The notes beneath the pieces were generated by a model. It saw nothing but the letters and a program-made list of their open reading frames with translations. It was not told where the DNA came from and made no database searches. Of a DNA stretch of 64,000 bases, positions 54,664 to 62,939 are shown piece by piece. The stretch is from the NCBI GenBank assembly GCA_036313175.1, contig JAXJMO010000020.1, positions 10,670 to 74,669 of the forward strand. Direction: 5' to 3'. Source of the DNA: Collinsella sp. (lineage in GTDB: Bacteria; Actinomycetota; Coriobacteriia; Coriobacteriales; Coriobacteriaceae). Numbering within the stretch: the stretch's first letter is position 1; each line of letters opens with the position of its first letter. The position numbers and the translations under genes are program-made.

Positions 54664-55878
54664 TTACCGTGCATTAAAAACGTAGCGGTCCAGACGGTCG
54701 CACGCCTCCCTTACGCGCGAAAGCGGTAGCGCCAGATTCACGCGAATGTGGCAGGTTCCGTGGAACGGGCGGCCGTCCTGATACCCGACGCCCACGCGCG
54801 CCCCCTCGTCGAGCAGCCACTGAATATCGCGGCCATGCTCGCGGCACCACTCGGTGCAGTCCAGAAACACCATGTACGTGCCCTGCGGACGTGAATAGGA
54901 CACGCCCCCAAAATGCACGTCCACGTAATTGCAGAAGTACTCGATATTACCGGCAAGCACCTGGTTGAGCTCATCCACCCACTCGTACCCCTGTGGCTGG
55001 TAGGCGCCGATGAGCGCGTGCATCGAGAGGACGTTCATCTCGTTGTAGTGGGTCTTGTTGGACACGGCGCACACGCGGTCGCGCAGCGTCTCGTTATAGA
55101 TGATGTGGTAGCTGCCGACCAGGCCCGCCAGGTTAAACGTCTTGCTCGGCGCATAGAGGGCAACCGTGCGCATGCGGGCATCCTCGCTCACCGACTGCGT
55201 CGGGATATGCTTGTGCCCCGGCAGGATGATATCGGACCAAATCTCGTCCGAGATCACCACGCAATCGTGCTGGCGATAGATGTCCATGGCGCGCTCGATC
55301 TCGTCGCGCTCCCATACGCGGCCGCAGGGATTGTGCGGCGAGCAGAACACCGCGGCATGGATGTGGTTTTGGGCGAGTTTGCGCTCCATGTCCTCAAAGT
55401 CCATGCGCCACACGCCCTGGTCGTCGAGCTTAAGCGGGCTGTGGACAATACGATAGCCCGCGGCCTCGATGGACTTGGTAAAGCCGATGTAGGTAGGGCT
55501 GTGGACCAGCACCGCATCGCCTGGCTGGACATACGCGCGTAGCGTCGACACGACACCGCCCAGCACGCCGTTTTCGTAGCCGATATGCTCCGGGCGCAGG
55601 CCCTCGACGCCATTGCGGCGGCCCTGCCATTCGATGATGCGGTCGAAGTACTCGGGGCGCGGATTGAAATAGCCAAACATGGGGTGCTGGGCACGCTGAA
55701 TGATGTGCTCCTGGACCGTGGGCACCGTGGCAAAATTCATGTCGGCCACCCACATGGGAATGCGGTCGAAGCCCTCGTCGGGTGCGTTCGGAGCCATACC
55801 GGGGATCTCACCCCAAGAGTCAACGGCGATGGAGTCCATGCCGTGGCGGTCGATAAGCGAGCTAAAGTCGTATTTCAT
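54664..55878 (-). CDS. MalY/PatB-type PLP-dependent C-S lyase (cystathionine beta-lyase-like aminotransferase class I/II)
   Basis: MKYDFSSLIDRHGMDS N-terminus, CSPHNPCGRVW and APSKTFNLAG (PLP-Lys) motifs. The ATG at 55876-55878 follows GGGAG. Confidence 0.8.
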   Translation of the reverse strand: MKYDFSSLIDRHGMDSIAVDSWGEIPGMAPNAPDEGFDRIPMWVADMNFATVPTVQEHIIQRAQHPMFGYFNPRPEYFDRIIEWQGRRNGVEGLRPEHIGYENGVLGGVVSTLRAYVQPGDAVLVHSPTYIGFTKSIEAAGYRIVHSPLKLDDQGVWRMDFEDMERKLAQNHIHAAVFCSPHNPCGRVWERDEIERAMDIYRQHDCVVISDEIWSDIILPGHKHIPTQSVSEDARMRTVALYAPSKTFNLAGLVGSYHIIYNETLRDRVCAVSNKTHYNEMNVLSMHALIGAYQPQGYEWVDELNQVLAGNIEYFCNYVDVHFGGVSYSRPQGTYMVFLDCTEWCREHGRDIQWLLDEGARVGVGYQDGRPFHGTCHIRVNLALPLSRVREACDRLDRYVFNAR

Positions 55879-55989
55879 GCTGAGCTCCCGTGCAAAGTGA
55901 TTGTTTTGGTAGGCGTTATTGTCCACCAGCGTGGGCGGTTTTGGCGCGGGGTTTGGCGCTTAATTTGACGGGTACGGACGAATGGCTGG

Positions 55990-56736
55990 TTAGTCTTGCG
56001 CGTCGTTGACGGCAACTACGGTTAGCTGGGTTTCATCGACCGCAAACGATATGTCGAGCCCGGCGTAAGCCAAGTGATAAACGCGGTTTGGCTCGTGCTT
56101 GCTGCCTGCGCGGCGTGGATCTTGGCAAAGGACCTCGACCAAGCCGGGGAGCTTTGCGGGCGGGACCATATCCTGCAGCGCTTGCGGGAACTCAACATCG
56201 AGCTCTTGCCACGGAGCATCCTCAATCCAGCCGCCCGTCGCATCCGGGTGACAGTCGGCAAATGGAATGTAAGGCTTGATATCGTAGATGGGCGTGCCAT
56301 CGCGCAGGTCGGCCCCCAACACATGGATGATGGGGCCATCGTCGGTAAGCTCCACGCGATCAAGCTTGACGCAGGTGAGCCCGATGGGATTAGGGCGAAA
56401 CGGACTGCGCGTGGCAAACACTCCCACACGTTCGGCTCCGCCCAGACGCGGCGGGCGCACGGTTTTCGACCATTTTGCGTTGGTGCCGGACCTGTCCTGC
56501 GTTTTAGCGTCGACGGCAATATCCTTAGCCGTGCCGCCGGGCGTTCCGTTTTCGAAGCGCCACAGCAGCCACAGGTGAGAGAAGGAGTCCAGGCCCTCAA
56601 CCGCTGCATTGGAGGCAAATTCCGGCTCAAAAAAGATTCGTCCCTGCAGATGGGGCGCCAAAAAGCTGTTGCGCGGAATGCCGAACTTCTGCGGCAGGTC
56701 GGTATGTATGCGTGCGATAGGTTCCATGCCGGTCAT
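55990..56736 (-). CDS. trmO: tRNA (N6-threonylcarbamoyladenosine(37)-N6)-methyltransferase TrmO (YaeB/TsaA family)
   Basis: IARIHTDLPQKFGIPRN..., FSHLWLLWRF, VRPPRLGG..VGVFATRSPFRPNPIG and GTPIYDIKPYIPF match the TrmO layout. Only the C-terminal ~249 codons of the 532-aa track ORF are coding. Confidence 0.8.
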   Translation of the reverse strand: MTGMEPIARIHTDLPQKFGIPRNSFLAPHLQGRIFFEPEFASNAAVEGLDSFSHLWLLWRFENGTPGGTAKDIAVDAKTQDRSGTNAKWSKTVRPPRLGGAERVGVFATRSPFRPNPIGLTCVKLDRVELTDDGPIIHVLGADLRDGTPIYDIKPYIPFADCHPDATGGWIEDAPWQELDVEFPQALQDMVPPAKLPGLVEVLCQDPRRAGSKHEPNRVYHLAYAGLDISFAVDETQLTVVAVNDAQD

Positions 56737-56868
56737 TGTACGGCATGGAGGCGTGGGGCGTTGCGCGCAATTCTTCGCCGCGGTCCCCCGTCGTGCAACC
56801 AACGGTTGCTTGGAAGGGCGCCTGCCGCCGCGTATGCTTAAGCCATCAACCAGCAGAAAGGAGCCGCT

Positions 56869-57636
56869 ATGGCCTTTGCAGAAAAGCTCATTGCTGTCCG
56901 TCGCGCCCATCACCTTACCCAAGAGCAGCTTGCCGCTAAGCTCTTCGTCACACGCCAGGCCATCAGCCGGTGGGAGCGCGGCGAGGTCACACCGGGCATC
57001 GACATGATGAAGCTCATCGCCGCCGTAACCGGAGAACCGCTGTCCCACCTGCTCGAAATGCCTGAGCACTATTGCCAGAGCTGCGGCATGATACTCACGC
57101 CCGACGACTGCGGCACCGATGCCACGGGCACCGCGACCGATCATTACTGCAAGTGGTGCTACGACCACGGCAAGTACACCTATGACACCACCATGGAGGC
57201 AATGATTGAGGATTGTGCCCCGCGCCTGGCACAAAACACCGGCATGTCGCTCGACGAAGCCGTCTCGCTCATGGGCGCCGTCCTGCCGCAACTGGAGCGC
57301 TGGCGCACCGTGCAGGAAAACGAGGCGCGCTACGGTGCCGAGGCGCGGGCGCGCTACGGCGATGAGGCTATCGATGCAGCAAACGAAGCGTTGCTGGACA
57401 TGGACCCCGAGACATGGAACGACATGAAGGAACTTGAACGCGCTATTCTGGGCCAGCTCTCGATTGCCATGGGCATTGGCGACCCAGAGAGCAACGAGGC
57501 TCGTAAGCTTGTCGCGATGCATCGTCGCTGGATTGCTCTCAACTGGGGATGCGAGCCCCAAGACGAGGCGTACCTGGGCCTCGCCCACGGTTATCTTGCC
57601 GACCAGCGCTTTGTTGACTACTACGACAAGCCCTGA
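56869..57636 (+). CDS. XRE-family HTH - zinc-ribbon - TipAS-like domain protein
   Basis: HTH IAVRRAHHLTQEQLAAKLFVTRQAISRWERGE. Zinc ribbon YCQSCGM...HYCKWCYDHGKY. C-terminal TipAS-like region (ARYGDEAIDAANE...MHRRWI...GYLADQRFVDYYDK). The ATG follows AAAGGAG. Confidence 0.75.
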   Translation: MAFAEKLIAVRRAHHLTQEQLAAKLFVTRQAISRWERGEVTPGIDMMKLIAAVTGEPLSHLLEMPEHYCQSCGMILTPDDCGTDATGTATDHYCKWCYDHGKYTYDTTMEAMIEDCAPRLAQNTGMSLDEAVSLMGAVLPQLERWRTVQENEARYGAEARARYGDEAIDAANEALLDMDPETWNDMKELERAILGQLSIAMGIGDPESNEARKLVAMHRRWIALNWGCEPQDEAYLGLAHGYLADQRFVDYYDKP

Positions 57637-57747
57637 GCCACCGGAGCCACGGCGTTTCTGGTCCAGGCCATCGAGTCTTCGTTGACGCGCGCATAGACCG
57701 CGGCGGCTTTGGGTATTTCAATCAAAACCTCAACCGATTGGAGACCT

Positions 57748-57993
57748 ATGGCTACTAATCACGAGCTCGCGCTGTACGTTATGACCGGCTGCCCGTATTG
57801 CTTAAAGGTCAAGCACTTTTTGGCCGATAACGGCGTGACCATTCCCGAGCGCAATATCTCGACCGATTCCGATGCCGAACAGATACTCATCGCCGTCGGC
57901 GGAAAACGCCAGGTTCCCTGCCTGTTCATCGACGGCAAACCACTCTACGAATCGAGCGACATCATCGCGTGGGTGCAGGAAAACCTGCTCTAG
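57748..57993 (+). CDS. glutaredoxin family protein
   Basis: 81 aa with a CPYC active site (LYVMTGCPYCLKVKHFL) and the GGKRQVPCLFIDG motif. The ATG follows TGGAGA. Confidence 0.8.
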   Translation: MATNHELALYVMTGCPYCLKVKHFLADNGVTIPERNISTDSDAEQILIAVGGKRQVPCLFIDGKPLYESSDIIAWVQENLL

Positions 57994-58040
57994 TACGCAC
58001 GCTCTGTCCGTCCAGGGCCCCAACCCATACGACCCAAACA

Positions 58041-58102
58041 TGTACACCAGCATCCAAAGTCGACATTTTTCGACATCTTTGGATGCTGGTGTACAGCTTT
58101 TG
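58041..58102 (+). terminator. strong intrinsic terminator after the glutaredoxin gene
   Basis: 19-bp perfect stem TGTACACCAGCATCCAAAG (58041-58059) / CTTTGGATGCTGGTGTACA (58077-58095), followed by GCTTTTG. Confidence 0.8.
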
Positions 58103-58106
58103 CGGG

Positions 58107-58167
58107 TAGTCATCGGGGACGTTCTTAAATGCCTAGTCGCTAAAGAACGTCCCCGATGTCTAACTAG
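58107..58167. repeat. palindromic element family C, copy 3
   Basis: ATCGGGGACGTTCTT (58112-58126) pairs with AAGAACGTCCCCGAT (58143-58157). Relative to copies 1 and 2, the T-to-C change in one arm is matched by an A-to-G change in the other. It overlaps the dus stop region. Confidence 0.8.
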
Positions 58168-59123
58168 CCGCGGAAGCGGGCTGCGGATGCGAGCGGTTGC
58201 TCGCGGAAGACGCGGTCGACGGCGGCGCGGTATTCGTCGACCTTCTTGGTCTTGCGCACGATCTTATGGACGGTGGCGGGATCGGCGAAAGCGCACTTGG
58301 CGTAGAACCACCACTCCTTCATGCGAAAGACCGCGTTGCCGCCAATCTCTTCTGCATAGGCCGCGAACAGCGTGTCATGGAAACGTTGCAGCTCGGCGAC
58401 GGTGGCGGCAGGGCCGCCGTTTACCATGCGTGCCAGCGCAGGGTTTGCAAGCAGACCGCGGCCCAGCATTACATGGCGCGTGTCGGGATAGGCAGCAACC
58501 AGCGCATCCATGTCCTCGAGGTCAAAAATGTCGCCGTTATAGGCTACCGGGAACGGCGCCCGCTCAAGCGTCTCGCCATAATACTCTTTGCGCGGCGAGC
58601 CCGTATAGCGATCCTTTTGCACGCGCGGATGCACGATCAGCTCGGCAAGCGGCATACGACAGTAGAGATCGAGCACGCGCCCGTACTCAGCATCGCTCTC
58701 AAGCCCCAGCCTGGTCTTTACCGACACCGGCAGTGGTGAGCGCTCGCACACGTCGCTCAAAAACACCTCGAGCTCATCCAGGTTGCGCAAGAAACCCGAA
58801 CCCTTGCCCTTGGCAACGACTGTTCCCGAGGGACATCCCAAGTTGAGATTGACCTCGTGGTATCCCATGTCGGCGAGCACCTGTGCCGCCCACACAAACT
58901 CATCCGCGTTCTTGGACATGAGCTGAGGCACCACGTTAAGCCCCTGGTTATTGGCAGGATCGACCTCCTTAAACGCCTTGCCGCCAAAGCGATTGCCCAC
59001 CCGCGGCGGCGGCAAAAACGGCGTGTAGTAGCAGTCGAGCGCACCAAAGCATTCTGCATGCACGCGGCGGAACACATGCCCGGTAATCCCCTCCATGGGG
59101 GCCAGCGATAGAATCATCAACAT
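58164..59123 (-). CDS. tRNA-dihydrouridine synthase family protein
   Basis: LAPMEGITGHVFRR N-terminus and NLGCPS active-site region. The start is ambiguous (TTG 59126, ATG 59123 or 59117). Confidence 0.8.
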   Translation of the reverse strand: MLMILSLAPMEGITGHVFRRVHAECFGALDCYYTPFLPPPRVGNRFGGKAFKEVDPANNQGLNVVPQLMSKNADEFVWAAQVLADMGYHEVNLNLGCPSGTVVAKGKGSGFLRNLDELEVFLSDVCERSPLPVSVKTRLGLESDAEYGRVLDLYCRMPLAELIVHPRVQKDRYTGSPRKEYYGETLERAPFPVAYNGDIFDLEDMDALVAAYPDTRHVMLGRGLLANPALARMVNGGPAATVAELQRFHDTLFAAYAEEIGGNAVFRMKEWWFYAKCAFADPATVHKIVRKTKKVDEYRAAVDRVFREQPLASAARFRG

Positions 59124-59136
59124 CAACTTTCAAATC

Positions 59137-59169
59137 AATGTGACAAAGGGACCGTCCCTTTGTCACATT
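59137..59169. repeat. palindromic element family A, copy 4 (AATGTGACAAAGG-GACCGTC-CCTTTGTCACATT)
   Basis: Read directly. It lies between the small ORF downstream of mgtA and the dus start. Confidence 0.8.
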
Positions 59170-59224
59170 TGTACATCATTCGAGTGTTTATTTTGGCACA
59201 GCGGCGCAGGCAATCCCATGCATG

Positions 59225-59380
59225 TTATTCGTCCTTGGGCAGCGGCTTCATGCTCCAAAAGATGACGTTCATAATGATGACAATCACCAGGACAACACCA
59301 TTGGCCACCCAAAAGCCCATGTTGAGCCCAAGCCACTCCGTAGTCCCAAACAAATCGATCCAAATCTGAGCCCAGTTCAT
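59225..59380 (-). CDS. hypothetical 51-aa membrane protein immediately downstream of mgtA
   Basis: The ATG at 59378-59380 lies 7 nt after GAGGAG. The product is MNWAQIWIDLFGTTEWLGLNMGFWVANGVVLVIVIIMNVIFWSMKPLPKDE with one clear TM helix. It begins 28 nt after the mgtA stop. Confidence 0.55.
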   Translation of the reverse strand: MNWAQIWIDLFGTTEWLGLNMGFWVANGVVLVIVIIMNVIFWSMKPLPKDE

Positions 59381-59408
59381 GTAAACGCTCCTCTCTACAT
59401 CGAAGTCA

Positions 59409-62162
59409 CTACAGCAGCTCGCCGTAACGCTTGACATAGGCCTTCTTAAGGCTCGTCGCCAGCGCCATGTACAGCAAGATGCACGGAATCAGGAACAAGA
59501 AGTACTCGATGGGCAGTGCTCCCAGACCCAGCGTGGGGCCAAGCGGGCTAAACGGGATCAGCGTGAGCAGTGCAATGCCGGTCATCGTGAGCAGCATCAC
59601 CGGAGCCGAGGCACGACTCTGGATAAACGGCAACTTGGGCGTGCGAATCATATGGATAACCAAAGTCTGGCTCCACATGGATTCGACGAACCAACCAGCC
59701 TGGAACAGCGCGATGTAGGCCAGCTGCATCTGCTCCAGCGCGGCACCCGAGTAGACGCTCGCCAGCTCGTTGAACAGTACACCGTGGCTCACAAACAGGG
59801 GGCAGAAGACAAAGTACATAAAGATGTAGGTCATAAAGTCGAAGATGGAGCTGGTGGGCCCAATCCAGATCATGAACCTGCCGACACTCGAGGCATCCCA
59901 GGCACGTGGCACGCGCAGGAACTCCTCGTCCACGTTGTCCCAGGGAATCGCCAGGCAGCTGCAGTCATAAATCAAATTGAGCAAGATCAGCTGAATGCTC
60001 ATCATGGGCAAGAACGGCAGCAGGGCAGACGCGGCAAGTACGCTGAACATGTTGCCGAAGTTGGAGCTCGCGGTCATCTTGATGTACTTGATCATGTTGG
60101 CGTAGGTCTTACGCCCCTCGACGATGCCCTCCTCGAGCACCATCAGATCCTTCTCGAGCAAGATGATGTCGGCGGACTCCTTAGCAACGTCGACGGCCGT
60201 GTCGACCGAGATGCCGATGTCAGACGACTTCATGGCTGAGGCGTCGTTGATACCGTCGCCCATATAGCCCACCACATGCCCGTTCGCACGCAGGACGGAA
60301 ACGACGCGCGACTTTTGGTCGGGCGTGAGCTTGGCGAAGACCTGCACATCCTCGGCCCGGCGAGCGAGCTCGGCGTCATCCATGTCAGCGATGTCACTGC
60401 CGAGCAACATGTTGTTGACCTGCAGCCCCACCTGTTTGCAGATGGTACGCGTAACCTTCTCGTTGTCGCCAGTCAGGATCTTGGTGGCAACGCCGTGATT
60501 GCGCAGCGCCTCGATCGCACCGGCCGTCGACTCTTTGGGCGGATCCAAAAAGGCCAGGTAGCCGATTAGGACCATGTCGCGCTCATCCTCGGCGCTAAAG
60601 GCACCGGCGGGTGACGGGTTGGACTTTTGAGCAATCGCCAGCACACGGAAACCGTCGTCATTAAGGTCGGAAACTGTCGCCAGAATGCGCTCGCGCACCT
60701 CGTCGTCCAGCACATGAACGCCGCCGTCGATCTCGGCATGCGAGCACACCGACAGCATTTCCTCGACCGCGCCCTTGGTAACCATCTGGGTCTTGCCGCT
60801 GCGATCGCGCACCACCGTGGTGAGGCGACGGCGCGTAAAGTCGAACGGCACCTCATCGACCTTCACGTAGGCCTCGGAAAGATCGGTGAGACTCGGGTCG
60901 TTTTGCTCCTCTTCCTCCGTGCACTTGATGATCGCCAGATCCATCAGATTCTTGTAGCCCGTCTGGAAATAGCTGTTGAGGTAGGCGTGGCGCAAAACGC
61001 GCGAATCCTCCTGGCCGTCGATGTTCCAGTGATACTCCAGCACCACCTGGTCCTGCGTAAGCGTGCCGGTCTTGTCGGTGCACAGCACGTCCATCGCGCC
61101 AAAGTTTTGAATCGAGTTGAGGTTCTTAACGATCGTCTGCTTTTTACTCATGGCAACCGCGCCCTTGGCAAGGCACGTGGTAACGATCATGGGCAGCATC
61201 TCGGGCGTCAGACCCACGGCAATGCTGATGGCGAACAGGCCGGCATCGAGCCAATTGCCCTTCGTGACGCCGTTGATCAAAAAGACAAACGGAACCATTA
61301 CCATCATAAAGCGGATGAGCACCCACGAGACGTTGTTGACGTCCTTGGAAAAGCTCGTCTCCGCAGCGTCGTCGGACAGGCTCGACGCCATGGAACCAAA
61401 CAGGGTCTGCTCGCCCACGCTAAAGACGAGCGCCGTCGCGCTGCCCGATATCACGCTGCTGCCCATGAGGGCAATGTTCTCGAACGACGTGGCCGAATCG
61501 GACTCGGTGCAGGTCGTGGGGACCTTCTCGACCGGCTCGCTCTCGCCCGTCAGGCTGGCCTGGCCCACAAAGAGGTCCTTGGCCTCGATAATCCTCACGT
61601 CGGCGGGAATCATGTCACCGGCGGACAGATGCACGATGTCGCCGACCACCACGTCGTCGATGGGAATCTCGGTCCTGGGGACATCCTTGCGGGTGACCGT
61701 CACGGTGGTCGTGATCATGTCGAGCAGCTTTTCGGCCGCATTGCCGCTACGCGCTTCCTGGACATAGCGCAGCGTGCCCGAAAGAACCACCATCGTGGTG
61801 ATGATAATCACCGTCAGCGGGTCAAAGTCCTCCGGCGTGTTGCCCATCATCGACAACGCCGGGAATATCATGTCCGTCGTTGCCGAGATAATGGCTAGGA
61901 AAAACAGGATTGCCGTAAAGGGATTGACGAATGCATCCGCGAGCTTGCGGACAAGCGACTTTTTCTTGCCGCGCGTGACCACGTTGCGTCCGTTATCGGC
62001 CTCGCTGTGCGCGACCTCGTCGCGGTCCAGACCACCCAGGTTCGAGCCCACCCAGGACATGGCGTCCATCAGCGGGATAGTTGCCGCATGCTGGATGCGG
62101 CCCTCTGCACGATGCCTGATCAGTTCGTTTTGCGCCTGGACTGCAGATGGCGTATGGCGCAT
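59409..62162 (-). CDS. mgtA: magnesium-translocating P-type ATPase
   Basis: CTDKTGTLT phosphorylation motif, MGDGINDA hinge motif, and MgtA-type C-terminal TM region ([22 protein letters not shown]). The start is ATG 62162 or TTG 62177. Confidence 0.9.
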   Translation of the reverse strand: MRHTPSAVQAQNELIRHRAEGRIQHAATIPLMDAMSWVGSNLGGLDRDEVAHSEADNGRNVVTRGKKKSLVRKLADAFVNPFTAILFFLAIISATTDMIFPALSMMGNTPEDFDPLTVIIITTMVVLSGTLRYVQEARSGNAAEKLLDMITTTVTVTRKDVPRTEIPIDDVVVGDIVHLSAGDMIPADVRIIEAKDLFVGQASLTGESEPVEKVPTTCTESDSATSFENIALMGSSVISGSATALVFSVGEQTLFGSMASSLSDDAAETSFSKDVNNVSWVLIRFMMVMVPFVFLINGVTKGNWLDAGLFAISIAVGLTPEMLPMIVTTCLAKGAVAMSKKQTIVKNLNSIQNFGAMDVLCTDKTGTLTQDQVVLEYHWNIDGQEDSRVLRHAYLNSYFQTGYKNLMDLAIIKCTEEEEQNDPSLTDLSEAYVKVDEVPFDFTRRRLTTVVRDRSGKTQMVTKGAVEEMLSVCSHAEIDGGVHVLDDEVRERILATVSDLNDDGFRVLAIAQKSNPSPAGAFSAEDERDMVLIGYLAFLDPPKESTAGAIEALRNHGVATKILTGDNEKVTRTICKQVGLQVNNMLLGSDIADMDDAELARRAEDVQVFAKLTPDQKSRVVSVLRANGHVVGYMGDGINDASAMKSSDIGISVDTAVDVAKESADIILLEKDLMVLEEGIVEGRKTYANMIKYIKMTASSNFGNMFSVLAASALLPFLPMMSIQLILLNLIYDCSCLAIPWDNVDEEFLRVPRAWDASSVGRFMIWIGPTSSIFDFMTYIFMYFVFCPLFVSHGVLFNELASVYSGAALEQMQLAYIALFQAGWFVESMWSQTLVIHMIRTPKLPFIQSRASAPVMLLTMTGIALLTLIPFSPLGPTLGLGALPIEYFLFLIPCILLYMALATSLKKAYVKRYGELL

Positions 62163-62331
62163 ATTCAGCTTCTTCAATTGCCTTGCTCCGTTCTGTCGAT
62201 CGGATGCAGAGCCGTCTAGCCGCGACGCCCGCCATTAAGGTGGACCTGCGCCGGCAGACATCGCCCTGCCTTGCTGGTACTGTCACTGCCGCTCACGGTC
62301 CTCACCTTCCCTTCGCGTCTGCGACTGTCCT

Positions 62332-62382
62332 TAGAATAGAAAAGCCGCAAGACCGGGCACATGGCTGGTTTCTTGCGGCTTT
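62332..62382 (-). terminator. intrinsic terminator between the wHTH gene and the mgtA leader
   Basis: AAAGCCGCAAGA (62341-62352) pairs with TCTTGCGGCTTT (62371-62382). The minus strand continues with TCTATTCT. Confidence 0.65.
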
Positions 62383-62447
62383 CTTGCGATTTGGCAAGGA
62401 TTGTCAGAGTGGCTTTTGGGGTCGATAGAAGCGGACGATTCAACGCG

Positions 62448-62930
62448 TTACTCGGCTATTTTATAGCCCACACCCCAAACAGTTAGCAGGTACCGGGGAT
62501 TGTCGGGCTCGGGTTCAATCTTCTTTCGGATCTTGCGGACAAAGGCCATGATGTTACTGTCATCGAGCAGATATTCGTCTTGCCATACAGCGCGATAGAT
62601 TTCCTCTTTGCTAAAGACTGTGCCCCGGTTGCTCGCCAAAAAGGCCAGGATATCGAATTCTTTGGGCGTGAGCGAAACGGGCGCGCCCGACACTTTAACG
62701 GTGCGCGAAGCCAGATCGATGGAAAGATCGCCGATAACGATGGGCTCCGCAGCGGCACTTGTCTGCGAGCCGGCAACTGTCAGTTCTATGGCGGTCAGCC
62801 CGCCCGATGCGATATCGGCAAACACGGGTGCAAGTTCGAGAGCGGCGGCGCTACCGGACGAGAACAGCGCGTTGCTGAGCTCGGCGGCCTCTGCCGGCGT
62901 AATCGCTATGTTGGTTCTGTTGGTACGCAT
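62448..62930 (-). CDS. OmpR/PhoB-type winged-helix DNA-binding protein without a receiver domain
   Basis: The C-terminal ~100 aa (IVIGDLSIDLASRTVKVSGAPVSLTPKEFDILAFLASNRGTVFSKEEIYRAVW...LLTVWGVGYKIAE) form a trans_reg_C domain. The N-terminal ~60 aa are Ala/Ser-rich and too short for REC. Confidence 0.75.
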   Translation of the reverse strand: MRTNRTNIAITPAEAAELSNALFSSGSAAALELAPVFADIASGGLTAIELTVAGSQTSAAAEPIVIGDLSIDLASRTVKVSGAPVSLTPKEFDILAFLASNRGTVFSKEEIYRAVWQDEYLLDDSNIMAFVRKIRKKIEPEPDNPRYLLTVWGVGYKIAE

Positions 62931-62939
62931 AGAACCGCC

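Noticed and set aside
56737-57588. N-terminal ~280 codons of the 532-aa minus-strand ORF 55990-57588
   Set aside because: Only the C-terminal part matches TrmO. The upstream part is antisense to the XRE-Zn-ribbon-TipAS gene, which has a strong SD and clear domains.
60627-61898. 423-aa plus-strand ORF (similar cases: 4876-6129, 52499-53746, 39165-40367, 29226-30203, 57872-58846)
   Set aside because: All are antisense to genes with strong family signatures (mgtA, kup, hybrid kinase, SDR/yhhQ, TetM-like, dus). All give Arg/Gly/His-rich low-complexity products.
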